From NCBI GenBank assembly GCA_035940575.1, contig DASZER010000016.1, positions 18,258 through 82,257 of the forward strand: 64,000 nucleotides of DNA, given 5' to 3'. Position numbers and translations under genes: made by a program. The stretch is from Frankiaceae bacterium. Its GTDB lineage: Bacteria > Actinomycetota > Actinomycetes > BP-191. The notes beneath the pieces are model-generated. The model searched no databases. It was not told where the DNA came from and worked only from the letters and a program-made list of their open reading frames with translations. Of the stretch, positions 38,036-47,653 are shown one piece after another; the first letter of the stretch is position 1; each line of letters opens with the position of its first letter.

Positions 38036-38177
38036 TGGGAGGTCCCCTTCTGGGTAACGGCCATCTCTGGGTCTTTCGACGCTGGGAAGCCGTGCCCTGC
38101 CCGGCCCCGTACACTGAACGAGCGAGGCGGCAGCGGGACACGCGCCGCACCCCATCCCTTGTGAGGACACGTTCTCG

Positions 38178-39302
38178 ATGCCGACTGTCGAGCAGGTCAA
38201 CGCCGCGCTGGCGACCGTGCAGGACCCGGAGATCCACAAGCCGATCACCGAGCTGAACATGGTCGAGTCGGTGGACGTCGGCGCCGACGGCGTCGTCTCC
38301 GTACGCGTGCTGCTGACGGTCGCCGGCTGCCCGTTGAAGGACAAGATCACCCGCGACGTCACCGAGGCCGTCTCCGCGCTGCCCGGCGTCACCGGCGTCC
38401 GCGTCGACCTCGGCGTGATGGACGACGAGCAGCGCGCGGCGCTCCAGACGCAGCTCCGCGGCGGGCAGGCCACGCGCGAGATCCCGTTCGCGCAGCCGGG
38501 CTCGCTGACCCGCGTCTACGCCGTCGCGTCCGGCAAGGGCGGCGTCGGCAAGTCGTCGGTCACCGCCAACCTCGCGGCCGCGATGGCGGCCAACGGCCTG
38601 AAGGTCGGCGTCGTCGACGCGGACATCTACGGCTTCTCGATCCCGCGCATGCTCGGCGTCGAGGGCCGCCCGACGCAGGTCGAGTCGATGATCATGCCGC
38701 CGACCTCGCACGGCGTGAAGGTCATCTCGATCGGCATGTTCGTGCAGGGCAACCAGCCGGTCGTGTGGCGCGGCCCGATGCTGCACAGGGCGTTGCAGCA
38801 GTTCCTCTCCGACGTGTTCTGGGGCGACCTCGACGTCCTGCTCTGCGACCTCCCGCCGGGCACCGGCGACATCGCCATCTCGATCGCGCAGCTCATCCCG
38901 AGCGCGGAGATCCTCGTCGTCACGACGCCGCAGCTCGCCGCGCGCGAGGTGGCCGAGCGCGCCGGCTCGATCGCGGTGCAGACGCGCCAGCGGCTCGCCG
39001 GCGTCGTCGAGAACATGGCCGGGCTCGCGTGCCCGCACTGCGGCGACCACGTGGACGTGTTCGGCTCGGGCGGCGGCCAGGCGGTCGCCGAGGCGCTGAC
39101 GCGGACCATCGGCGCGCCGGTGCCGTTGCTCGGCCAGGTGCCGATCGACGTGCGCCTGCGCGAGGGCGGTGACAACGGCACGCCGCTCGTGCTCAGCGAC
39201 CCCGACTCCGCCGCCGCGAAGGAGCTGCGCCGCATCGCCGACCAGCTCGGCACGCGTTCGCGCGGCCTCGCCGGTCGCTCCCTCGGCCTCTCCCCCGCGT
39301 AG
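38178..39302 (+). CDS. mrp: Mrp/ApbC family Fe-S cluster carrier ATPase
   Basis: N-terminal DUF59-like domain, deviant Walker A GKGGVGKSS, and the CPHCG motif. Confidence 0.9.
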   Translation: MPTVEQVNAALATVQDPEIHKPITELNMVESVDVGADGVVSVRVLLTVAGCPLKDKITRDVTEAVSALPGVTGVRVDLGVMDDEQRAALQTQLRGGQATREIPFAQPGSLTRVYAVASGKGGVGKSSVTANLAAAMAANGLKVGVVDADIYGFSIPRMLGVEGRPTQVESMIMPPTSHGVKVISIGMFVQGNQPVVWRGPMLHRALQQFLSDVFWGDLDVLLCDLPPGTGDIAISIAQLIPSAEILVVTTPQLAAREVAERAGSIAVQTRQRLAGVVENMAGLACPHCGDHVDVFGSGGGQAVAEALTRTIGAPVPLLGQVPIDVRLREGGDNGTPLVLSDPDSAAAKELRRIADQLGTRSRGLAGRSLGLSPA

Positions 39303-39356
39303 CGCACGCGAAAGGGCCGCGACCGAGGTCGCGGCCCTTCGTCGTGCGCGTGCCCG

Positions 39357-40046
39357 CTACGCGAGCGTGAACGAGTCGCCGTCCTTCGCCGAGTTGTCGA
39401 CGACGCCGTTGGCGGCGCCGCAGGTGCGGCCGAGCTCGGGCGTGTCGTCCGGCGTGCAGGTGTTGTAGTCCTGCAGCTCGCGGACCTCGAACCACAGGTC
39501 CGTGATCTTCGTGCCGGCCTTCACGCCGGAGTCCGCCGGGATCGCGGACATCGGGACGGTCCAGGTGATCGTGTTGTCCTTGATGACCGGCGCGGGGATC
39601 GCGGTGAGGCGGATCGTCTCGTCGATGCAGTCGTCGCGCAGCGCGGACTGCGGGATCTGGTCGTCGCTGCCGGGGTTGGTGTAGTAGACGACGCCGAAGA
39701 TGCCGCACTTCGGCGTCGTGCCGAGCATGCGGTAGACGAGCGCGGTCGGGTCGGGCGGCGTCGGCGGGCCCGACAGCGTCGTCGTGACCGTGAAGCCGGT
39801 GACCGTCGTGACGGTCTTGCCCTTGACCTTCTTCGTCGTCTTCGTCGTCTGCCACAGCACCGACGTGACGTCGGCGTACGCCTGGGTGAGCGGCACCGTG
39901 GTGTTGTCGCGGGTGGCCTCGTGGTTGACGTTGGCCGTGAAGTTCGCGTCACCGGAGGGGTCGGTGACCTGGGGTGCCGGCGCGGCACCGGCGTGCGGGG
40001 CGAGCAGCGCCAGCGCGAGCGCGGGCGCGAGAACGAGACGGCGCAT
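39357..40046 (-). CDS. Secreted protein, divergent member (G) of the repeated ~200-aa family
   Basis: ATG at 40046 is preceded by a strong AGGAGGGGG ribosome-binding site. Signal peptide MRRLVLAPALALALLAPHAGA. PQVTDPSGDANF and NTITWTVPMSAIP are family motifs. Confidence 0.6.
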   Translation of the reverse strand: MRRLVLAPALALALLAPHAGAAPAPQVTDPSGDANFTANVNHEATRDNTTVPLTQAYADVTSVLWQTTKTTKKVKGKTVTTVTGFTVTTTLSGPPTPPDPTALVYRMLGTTPKCGIFGVVYYTNPGSDDQIPQSALRDDCIDETIRLTAIPAPVIKDNTITWTVPMSAIPADSGVKAGTKITDLWFEVRELQDYNTCTPDDTPELGRTCGAANGVVDNSAKDGDSFTLA

Positions 40047-40196
40047 GGGTACGCGTCCCCCTCCTGGTCTGGGTGATGTGAACGCGGCGGAGTTCGCCAC
40101 TGCGAGCGACTCTCCTGTGAGAGCCGCACTGGACGCGTCCGGTTCGCCCCGTTACGTTCGCCGCCGTCCGATCCGTCCGTCCCAGCCGGAGGAACG

Positions 40197-40538
40197 TTGA
40201 ACCGCGCCCTGCTCCCCAGCCTCGCCGCCGTCGCCCTCGCGGGCGCGATCGGCGCGGGCTTCCACACCGTCGCCGGTGCCGAGGACTGCTACGGCCTCGA
40301 CGCCGCACGCGTCTGCGCCACCCCGGACAACACGCCCCGCGTCGAGCCGACCGGCGGGTCGGTCGGCGAGTGCGTCCACGTCGGCTCGTCCTGCACGCCC
40401 GTGTCCGCGCCGGCTCCGGTGGTCTCGCGGGACCCGAAGGGCGGGCCGCTCGTGGACACCGGGTGCTACGTCGGCACCCAGACGTGCGAGGACTGGGCCG
40501 AGGAGCGCCTGCCGCAGACGGCGGCCGCGAGGCCGTGA
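40197..40538 (+). CDS. Small secreted cysteine-rich protein (113 aa, 8 Cys)
   Basis: A TTG start follows a GGAGGAAC ribosome-binding site. Signal peptide MNRALLPSLAAVALAGAIGAGFHTVAGA. The mature part carries 8 Cys. Confidence 0.45.
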   Translation: MNRALLPSLAAVALAGAIGAGFHTVAGAEDCYGLDAARVCATPDNTPRVEPTGGSVGECVHVGSSCTPVSAPAPVVSRDPKGGPLVDTGCYVGTQTCEDWAEERLPQTAAARP

Positions 40539-40542
40539 CCTA

Positions 40543-40842
40543 CTAGGTCGCGTCCGGGTCGTAGGGCGGCCGCTCTCCCGCGGGGAGGGCGGCCGTCGCC
40601 GCCTTCGGCACGTCCGGCTCGTCGTCGTCGAAGAACCGCCGCGGGTCGAGCCTGCGGATCTCGTCCACGTCCACGCCGAACTCGTCGCGCAGGTCCTTCG
40701 AGACGCCGGTCGCCATGCGGCGCAGCTCGCGGACGAGCCTGCCCGCGTCGGCGGCGACCTTGGGCAGGCGCTCGGGGCCGAAGATCAGCATGCCGAGGAC
40801 GAACAGCACCGCGAGCTCGGCCCACCCGAGGTTGTTGAACAA
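40543..40842 (-). CDS. tatB: Twin-arginine translocase component TatA/TatB family (position and size suggest tatB)
   Basis: MFNNLGWAELAVLFVLGMLIFGPERLPKVA is the Tat N-terminal TM plus amphipathic helix. It lies downstream of htrA, as in the mycobacterial sigE-rseA-htrA-tatB cluster. Confidence 0.75.
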   Translation of the reverse strand: MFNNLGWAELAVLFVLGMLIFGPERLPKVAADAGRLVRELRRMATGVSKDLRDEFGVDVDEIRRLDPRRFFDDDEPDVPKAATAALPAGERPPYDPDAT

Positions 40843-40854
40843 CGCGGCTCCCGC

Positions 40855-42042
40855 CTAGTCCGGCTTCTGCCCCAGCGTGACGCGGACGGTGCTCTCGCGG
40901 CCGTCCCTGACGTACGCCACCTCGACAGTCTCCCCCACGCGGTGCGCGCGGATGGCCGCAATCAGGTCTCCCATGCTCGCGACCTTGTGCGAGCCGAGCC
41001 GGACGACGACGTCGCGCGCCTTCAGCCCGGCGACGTACGCGGGCCCGCCCTCGACGACCTCCATCACGAGCGCGCCCTGCTGGACGCCGATGCCGAAGCG
41101 CTTGGCGGTCTGCGGCGTGAGGTCGTTGCCACTGACGCCGAGGTACGGGTGCGTCGCGCGCCCGGTACGGATGATCTGCTCGGCGACGGCGCGCGCCTCG
41201 TCCACCGGGATCGCGAAGCCGATGCTGATCGACCCGCCGCCGCCGCCGAGCACGTTGCCGAGCGAGGCGATCGCCGAGCTGATGCCGATGACCCGGCCGG
41301 CGCGGTCCACGAGCGCGCCGCCGGAGTTGCCGGGGTTGATCGCGGCGTCGGTCTGGATCGCGTCGACGAGCAGCGTCGAGCCGTCCTCGTTCGGGATGTC
41401 GAGCGAACGGTGCAGCGCGCTGATGATCCCGGCCGTCACGCTGCCGGCGAGGCCGAGCGGCGAGCCGATGACGACGACGGGGTCGCCGACCTGGAGGTCG
41501 TTCGAACGCCCGAGGCGAGCGACGGGGAGGTTCGTCACCTTGATCTTCACGACCGCGAGGTCGGTGTCGTCGTCGGAGCCGACGAGCGTCGCCTCGGCCG
41601 TGGTGCCGTCGGCGAGCGTGACGTCGATCTCGTCGGCGTCGGCGACGACGTGGTGGTTGGTGACGATGTAGCCGTCGCGGCCGATGATCACGCCGGAGCC
41701 CGCGCCGTTCGCGACGCGGATGCTGACGACGGCGGGAACGACGTCGCGCGCGATCGCGGCGACGGTACCGGGCGTCGTGTCGCGCGGCGTCGTGACGCCG
41801 GTGGCGACGGTGTAGGAGGGGTCGCGGCCCGAACGCTCCTCGCTGCGCATGACCAGCGCCGCGCCACCCGCGCCGCCGAGGCCGCCGACGAGCAGCGCGC
41901 CGAGCGCCACCGCGACGACGGTGCCGAGCCTGCCGAGGCCGCGTCGCGGCGTTCCGGAGTACGGCGACCAGAGCTGCTCCGTCGAGCGCCACGCGCCGTC
42001 CTCGACCGGCGGCGGCTGCAGCCACGGGTCCTGCTCGGTCAT
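40855..42042 (-). CDS. htrA: HtrA/DegP-family serine protease (S1C) with a PDZ domain
   Basis: 395 aa from the internal ATG. TM anchor, TNHHVV (His), DLAVVKI (Asp), GNSGGAL (Ser), then a PDZ domain. Confidence 0.85.
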   Translation of the reverse strand: MTEQDPWLQPPPVEDGAWRSTEQLWSPYSGTPRRGLGRLGTVVAVALGALLVGGLGGAGGAALVMRSEERSGRDPSYTVATGVTTPRDTTPGTVAAIARDVVPAVVSIRVANGAGSGVIIGRDGYIVTNHHVVADADEIDVTLADGTTAEATLVGSDDDTDLAVVKIKVTNLPVARLGRSNDLQVGDPVVVIGSPLGLAGSVTAGIISALHRSLDIPNEDGSTLLVDAIQTDAAINPGNSGGALVDRAGRVIGISSAIASLGNVLGGGGGSISIGFAIPVDEARAVAEQIIRTGRATHPYLGVSGNDLTPQTAKRFGIGVQQGALVMEVVEGGPAYVAGLKARDVVVRLGSHKVASMGDLIAAIRAHRVGETVEVAYVRDGRESTVRVTLGQKPD

Positions 42043-42050
42043 CGGTCTCC

Positions 42051-43112
42051 CTACGCGAACGGGTTGAACCACGACCCGACGCGGGCGATGCCGTTGCCGA
42101 GCCGCGAGCCGATGCCCGGCCCGGGGTTGCCGTGCGGCAGCGCCCCGACGAGGTCGGCGAGCGTCTGCGCGGGACACTCCGCGACGACCGTGAAGACGTA
42201 CCCGTCCCCGGCCCACACCACCCGTTGCGGGAACGCGCCCTGGACGTGCACGTCCGCGCCCGCCACCTGCTCCTCGCGCCAGCCGTCGACGCTGCCGTCC
42301 GCGAGCCGGCCGCGCTGCTGGAACACGCTGACCGACGAGACGCCGTCGGAGTACGTGAGCTGGAGCACCTGGGCGTCGCCGTCGCCGGTCATCCGCGCGT
42401 CGAACAGCTCGAGCCCGGACGCGAGCCCCTCCGGCACGTGCCAGCCGTCCGAGCGCATCAGCGCGACGTCGGGGAACGCCAGCGGCTGGCCGTCGGCGAC
42501 GGGCATCGCCCGCACGCCGTCCATGCTCGACTCGCGCGGCGACGACGCCGTGCCGACGACGAGGTCGAGGAACGCGCTCTCCCGCACCGTCCGCCCCTCG
42601 CCGTCGAGCACCTCGCGGCGCAGCGGCAGCGACGTCTCCCTGTCGATCCAGTAGCGGGCCGTGGGCGACGTCGAGGGGCGGCGTACCGCGACGACCGTCG
42701 CAAGGCGGCCCGCGACCTCGCCGCTGCCCTCGACCGCGATCTCGTAGTGCTTCGACAGCAGGGTCAACGTGCCGTTGGCGAAGCCGACGACGTCGGGCAG
42801 GCCGCCGGACTCGTCGTCGTAGACGGCGCCGCCCGGGCTCTGCGGCGTGGGCCGCACGCGGACGAGCAGGCCCTGGCCCGCGACGTGCGAGACGTCGACG
42901 ACGGCGCTGGTGGAGCCGTTCGGCGACCAGTACGACACCATCTGCGTGCCGCGGTAGGTGAGGTCCTGCGCGGCGCGGCCCGCGCGTTCGAGCAGGGCGA
43001 GCGCGTCGTCGGCCGCGCTCCACGCGAGCGGCTCGGCGGGCACGGCGTACACGGGCGCGGCGAGCGCCACCAGGCACCCGCCGGTCGCGGCGAGGAGCAG
43101 CCCCCGCCTCAT
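42051..43112 (-). CDS. Periplasmic RseB/MucB-like or LolA-fold regulator of the sigma-E system (hypothetical)
   Basis: 353 aa from an ATG that overlaps the rseA stop as ATGA. Signal peptide [23 protein letters not shown]. It sits between rseA and htrA. Confidence 0.5.
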   Translation of the reverse strand: MRRGLLLAATGGCLVALAAPVYAVPAEPLAWSAADDALALLERAGRAAQDLTYRGTQMVSYWSPNGSTSAVVDVSHVAGQGLLVRVRPTPQSPGGAVYDDESGGLPDVVGFANGTLTLLSKHYEIAVEGSGEVAGRLATVVAVRRPSTSPTARYWIDRETSLPLRREVLDGEGRTVRESAFLDLVVGTASSPRESSMDGVRAMPVADGQPLAFPDVALMRSDGWHVPEGLASGLELFDARMTGDGDAQVLQLTYSDGVSSVSVFQQRGRLADGSVDGWREEQVAGADVHVQGAFPQRVVWAGDGYVFTVVAECPAQTLADLVGALPHGNPGPGIGSRLGNGIARVGSWFNPFA

Positions 43113-43621
43113 CGCCCGAACGACGACAGGATGACGCTGCCGGCCGGGTCGTTGAGCGGGCCGAGGCGCCCGGTGGTGGCGGCGTGGTCCTCGACGAACG
43201 ACTCGACCGGGGGACGTACGGGATGTCCGCCCTTCTCGCCGCCGACGGCGGCGACACCCGCGACGAGCGCGACGCCGAGCGCGGAGTACGACACCGCGCG
43301 GCTGCGCAGCGAGGCGCGCTCGGCGGGGCGGCGCGCGACGCGGCGGCGCGGCGGGCCGGGGCGGGTCGACGCGCCGCGGACGACGTCGCCGTCGTTGCTC
43401 GGCGCCGCGGCGGTGCGGGCGATGTCGAGCAGGCGGGCGTTGAGGCCGCTGGGGACCTCGGGGTCGGACTGGTTGGCGAGCAGCGCCTTGAGGCGGCGCT
43501 GCGCGTCCACCTCGGCGCGGCACCCGTCGCAGCGGGTGATGTGCGCGAGCGCCCGGTCGCGGGCGTCGTGGGAGAGCTCGTTGTCCACGAGCGCGGCGGC
43601 GAGGTCGTCGAGGTGGCTCAT
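43109..43621 (-). CDS. rseA: Anti-sigma-E factor RseA (zf-HC2 type)
   Basis: 170 aa. [12 protein letters not shown] is the zf-HC2 motif, followed by a TM helix. The ATG overlaps the sigE stop as ATGA. Confidence 0.7.
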   Translation of the reverse strand: MSHLDDLAAALVDNELSHDARDRALAHITRCDGCRAEVDAQRRLKALLANQSDPEVPSGLNARLLDIARTAAAPSNDGDVVRGASTRPGPPRRRVARRPAERASLRSRAVSYSALGVALVAGVAAVGGEKGGHPVRPPVESFVEDHAATTGRLGPLNDPAGSVILSSFGR

Positions 43622-44190
43622 CGGGTGGTCTCCAGGGCCGCGCGGATCTGGGCACGGCCGCGGTGGATGCGACTGCGTACGGTGCCGAGCTTGACGCCGA
43701 GGGTCGCCGAGATCTCCTCGTACGACAGCCCCTCGATGTCGCAGAGGACGACCGCCGCCCGGAACTCCGGCGACAGCGAGTCGAGCGCCTTCTGCACGTC
43801 GTAGTCGAAGAGCCTGTCGTCGACCTCGGTGGCCGGGCTCGGCGCGGTGCCGGCGACGCGCTCGGCGTCGTCGGGCAGCGGGTCGAAGCGCACGCGGTTC
43901 TTGCGGCGCACGCCGTCGAGGAACAGGTTCGTCGTGATCCGGTGCAGCCAGCCCTCGAACGTGCCCGGGGTGTAGTCGGCGAGGGAGCGGAAGACGCGGA
44001 CGAACACGTCCTGCGTCAGGTCCTCGGCGTCGTGCTTGTTGCCGGTGAGGCGGTACGCCAGGCGGAACACCCGCGCGGAGTGCGTGCGGACGACCTCGTC
44101 CCACGTCGGCGGCACCCAGGGGGCGTCCGCGGCGACGGCGGGCACGTCCTCCACGACACCTCCCCGGTCCAGCACGGCGCTTTCCATCAT
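43618..44190 (-). CDS. sigE: ECF RNA polymerase sigma factor SigE
   Basis: Region 2 ([16 protein letters not shown]) and region 4 ([34 protein letters not shown]). The start was chosen at the MMESAV ATG pair. Confidence 0.85.
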   Translation of the reverse strand: MMESAVLDRGGVVEDVPAVAADAPWVPPTWDEVVRTHSARVFRLAYRLTGNKHDAEDLTQDVFVRVFRSLADYTPGTFEGWLHRITTNLFLDGVRRKNRVRFDPLPDDAERVAGTAPSPATEVDDRLFDYDVQKALDSLSPEFRAAVVLCDIEGLSYEEISATLGVKLGTVRSRIHRGRAQIRAALETTR

Positions 44191-44332
44191 CTGCTCCAAC
44201 GGACGTTCGCGACAGCGGGGTGCTCCGGACGGCGGACGGCGCCGCCGGGATCGGGTCGGGTTCGGTCCCGGCGGCGTCCGCCATCCTCTGCAACGGCCCG
44301 GGCGCCCGCCGCGTTCCCGTAGGGTTGGCCGC

Positions 44333-44974
44333 ATGGGGAACGCGCGCGGGAGCTGGGAGTACGCCGAGCGCTGGGTCCCCGAGGACGACGCGCTGCGCAA
44401 CGGCCGCCGCCGCGCCGACGAGGTCGGCTGCACGCCGATCGGGCCCGGCGGGGGCGCGGCGCTGCGGCTCCTCGCGGCCGCGGCGTCGGCGCGTTCGGTC
44501 ATCGAGATCGGCACGGGCACGGGCGTGTCGGGCACGTGGCTGCTGCGCGGCATGCGGCCCGACGGCGTGCTGACGTCGATCGACGTGGAGTCGGAGCACC
44601 AGCGGCTGGCGCGGCTGACGTTCGTCGAGGCCGGCTTCGAGCCGTCGCGGGTTCGCCTGATCTGCGGCGCGGCGCTCGAGGTGCTGCCCCGCTTCCAGGA
44701 GGAGGCGTACGACCTCCTGTTCATCGACGCGCTCAAGGCGGAGTACCCGGAGTACCTCGTGGAGGGCGTACGGCTGCTGCGGCCCGGCGGCATCGTCGCC
44801 GTCGACAACGCGCTCTGGCACGACAAGGTCGCCGACCCCGACGCCGACGACCCCGACACCCAGGCCGTGCGCGCGCTCCTGGAGACGGTCGCGTCCGACA
44901 CCGGCCTCGTGTCGGCGCTCCTGCCGGTCGGAGACGGCCTGCTCGTGGCCGTGAAGGGCCTGCTGCCCTCGTAG
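44333..44974 (+). CDS. Class I SAM-dependent O-methyltransferase (caffeoyl-CoA OMT-like)
   Basis: 213 aa from the internal ATG. SAM motif [15 protein letters not shown]. It is divergent from sigE, as in mycobacteria. Confidence 0.8.
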   Translation: MGNARGSWEYAERWVPEDDALRNGRRRADEVGCTPIGPGGGAALRLLAAAASARSVIEIGTGTGVSGTWLLRGMRPDGVLTSIDVESEHQRLARLTFVEAGFEPSRVRLICGAALEVLPRFQEEAYDLLFIDALKAEYPEYLVEGVRLLRPGGIVAVDNALWHDKVADPDADDPDTQAVRALLETVASDTGLVSALLPVGDGLLVAVKGLLPS

Positions 44975-45053
44975 CCGCCGCGCGAACCTTGAAGATCGTC
45001 ACGCGGGAGGGCGCGGTGCGGGCTTCACAGAACGTCCAGGGCGCCCGTTACGG

Positions 45054-45845
45054 TCAGATCGTGAAGAAGCGGGCCTTGGCGGCGAACTCCGCGGCGAACG
45101 CCATGATCACGGCCAGGTAGAGCATGCCGGTGGCGGCGCGGATGGAGCCCTCGTTGACGAGCTTGTGCGTGAAGAACGCGAGCAGCGCGCAGACGGCGAC
45201 GAGGCCGAACGCCAGGTAGAGCGTCAGGTCCGAGACGAGCAGCAACGGGTTCAGCGACGCCTCGCTCCCCGTGGGCCGCCCGCCCTTCGCCAGGCCCGCC
45301 GACACCAGCGCGAGCGCGCACCCGGCCGTGTACGCCCAGGCGTGCCAGCGCATCGGGTCGTTCGTGAGCTTGCGGTCCACGAGATACCAGTGGCCGAGCA
45401 GCATGCCGTCCCACGTGGCGCCGAGGAACGCCGCGCCGGTCACCATGGCCGCGAGCCCACCGACCTCCGTCGAGCCCACGCCGCGCAGGTCCGCGATCGC
45501 GAGCACGGCGACGAGGCCCAGGACGGCGGCGAGCGCCCCCGCCCACCGCGCGAGGCCGGAGCGCGCGTGCAGCAGCGCGAGCGTGACGGCCGACAGCAGG
45601 AGGAACGCCCACATCGAGTACGACGCGAACGACCCGCTCTCGCCGATGCGCGACAGCGCGCCGCCGGCCGAGAGCCGGGCGAGCAGCGCGCAGACGACGA
45701 CGGACCAGCCGACGAGCAGGAAGTAGCCGCGCTTCACGACGCCCCACACGGGCGCGACGACGAGCACGCCGAGGCTGCCCAGCGCGAACTCCAGCAGGAT
45801 CACCGCGAGCACCCCGGCGGGCCCGCGGAACTCGGCTGCCTCCAT
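45054..45845 (-). CDS. Integral membrane hypothetical protein
   Basis: 263 aa with about seven predicted TM helices. Its start abuts the pepA stop. Confidence 0.55.
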   Translation of the reverse strand: MEAAEFRGPAGVLAVILLEFALGSLGVLVVAPVWGVVKRGYFLLVGWSVVVCALLARLSAGGALSRIGESGSFASYSMWAFLLLSAVTLALLHARSGLARWAGALAAVLGLVAVLAIADLRGVGSTEVGGLAAMVTGAAFLGATWDGMLLGHWYLVDRKLTNDPMRWHAWAYTAGCALALVSAGLAKGGRPTGSEASLNPLLLVSDLTLYLAFGLVAVCALLAFFTHKLVNEGSIRAATGMLYLAVIMAFAAEFAAKARFFTI

Positions 45846-47330
45846 CTACAGCGACTCGAGCCAGGTCAGCAGCGTGCGCACGCCGAAGCCCGTGGCTCCC
45901 TTCGAGATCTCGTCCTCGTCGCCGTCCGAGCGCGCCGCCGACGCGATGTCCATGTGCGCCCAGCGCCGCCCGTCCACGAACTCCCGCAGGAACAGCGCGG
46001 CCGTGATCGAGCCTCCGCCGAACTTCCCGCCGATGTTCTTCATGTCGGCGACCGGCGAGTCGAGGTCGCGGCGGTAGTCCTCCACCAGCGGCATGCGCCA
46101 GTACCGCTCCCCCGCCTCCTCGGCGGCGCGCAGCAACGCCGCGGCGAGCTTGTCGTCGTTGGCGAACAGGCCCGCGATGCGCTTGCCGAGCGCGATGCCG
46201 ATGGCGCCCGTGAGCGTCGCGAGGTCGACGACGTAGTCCGGGTTCGTCTGCTCGATGCCGTACGCCAGCGCGTCGGCGAGCACGAGCCGGCCCTCGGCGT
46301 CGGTGTTGAGGACCTCGACGGTGCGGCCGCCGTAGTGGCGGATGACGTCGCCGGGACGCGCGGCGGTGCCCGAGGGCATGTTCTCGGCCGCCGGCACGAG
46401 GCCGGTCACGCGCACGGGCAGGCCCAGGGCGGGCAACGCCTGCATGGTGGCGATGACTGCCGCGCCGCCGGCCATGTCGGTCTTCATCGCGGCCATGCCG
46501 TCGTTCGGCTTGATGGACAGGCCGCCGGTGTCGAACGTGATGCCCTTGCCGACGAGCAGCACGCGCGCGCGGTGCTTGCCCGGCGGGTCGTAGTCCATGC
46601 GGATCAGGCGCGGCGGGCGCGCGGAGCCCGAGCCGACGGCGAGCACGCCGCCGAAGCCCTTCTCGCGCAGCTCCTTCGGCTCCATCACCTGCACGGCGAT
46701 GCCGGTGTCGCGGCCGAGGCGTACGACCTGCTTGGCGAGCCACTCGGGCGTCTTGTCGAGCGAGGGCTCGTTCGCGAGGTCGCGCACGAGCGCCGTCGCC
46801 GACGCGCGGTGGCGGGCGCGTTCGAGCGCGGCCGTCAGCCTGTCGCCGGGCTTGCGGGCGGCGAGCACGATCGAGCGGAGCGTCTGCGGCTTCGGCTCCG
46901 ACTTGTGCTCGGTGAACGTGTAGAACGCCAGCCACGCGCCCTCGCAGAACGCCGCGAGCTCCTTCGGCGACGCGCTGGCGGTGACGGCCGAGTAGATCGT
47001 GTCGGCCTTGCCGGCCTTGCGGACGAGCGCGGCGCCCGCCTTGCGGAACGTCGCCGCCGTCGCGTCCTCGGCCGACCCGAGACCGACGAGCAGCACGGTG
47101 CGCGTCGCGCCGATGCGGTCGTACGCGGGCAGCGCGACGACCTCGCCCGCCTCGCCCTTGAAGCCCTCGCGCTCGAGGTGCGCGGCGAGGTCGATGCCCA
47201 GCGCCCCCGCGACCTGCTCGGCACCGACGGGCGAGCCGCCGATCACCGGGATCGCGACCGCGTGCGCGCCGGTCGCGCGCAGGTCGGAGAGGGCGACGAT
47301 GCTCAGGTCCAGCTTGGCCACGCGGTTCAT
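45846..47330 (-). CDS. pepA: Leucyl aminopeptidase (M17)
   Basis: 494 aa. VGKGITFDTGGLSIKP and NTDAEGRLVLADAL are M17 signatures. Confidence 0.9.
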   Translation of the reverse strand: MNRVAKLDLSIVALSDLRATGAHAVAIPVIGGSPVGAEQVAGALGIDLAAHLEREGFKGEAGEVVALPAYDRIGATRTVLLVGLGSAEDATAATFRKAGAALVRKAGKADTIYSAVTASASPKELAAFCEGAWLAFYTFTEHKSEPKPQTLRSIVLAARKPGDRLTAALERARHRASATALVRDLANEPSLDKTPEWLAKQVVRLGRDTGIAVQVMEPKELREKGFGGVLAVGSGSARPPRLIRMDYDPPGKHRARVLLVGKGITFDTGGLSIKPNDGMAAMKTDMAGGAAVIATMQALPALGLPVRVTGLVPAAENMPSGTAARPGDVIRHYGGRTVEVLNTDAEGRLVLADALAYGIEQTNPDYVVDLATLTGAIGIALGKRIAGLFANDDKLAAALLRAAEEAGERYWRMPLVEDYRRDLDSPVADMKNIGGKFGGGSITAALFLREFVDGRRWAHMDIASAARSDGDEDEISKGATGFGVRTLLTWLESL

Positions 47331-47399
47331 CTCCTGCCGGGAACACTGCCGAGAACATGCGGAAGGCGGCGGGAGACCCGCCGCCTTCCGACGCTACGT

Positions 47400-47570
47400 T
47401 CAGCCGTTGCCGACGCCCTTGAGCGCGTCGCCGAGGGCGCTGGCCTCGTCCGCGGAGAGCTCCACGACGAGCCGCCCGCCACCTTCCAGCGGGACGCGCA
47501 TGACGATGCCGCGACCCTCCTTGGTGACCTCCAGCGGACCGTCACCCGTCCGCGGCTTCATCGCCGCCAT
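47400..47570 (-). CDS. DUF3117 family small protein (56 aa)
   Basis: Read directly from the sequence: MAAMKPRTGDGPLEVTKEGRGIVMRVPLEGGGRLVVELSADEASALGDALKGVGNG, with a GGAGGAG ribosome-binding site. It is below the ORF-track size cutoff. Confidence 0.7.
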   Translation of the reverse strand: MAAMKPRTGDGPLEVTKEGRGIVMRVPLEGGGRLVVELSADEASALGDALKGVGNG

Positions 47571-47653
47571 GCTGTCTCCTCCCGCGTACGTGCTCTTGCG
47601 ACGATTCTCCCGCAGATGCCGCGAGGACGGAAACCGGGGCCATACTTCGCCCT

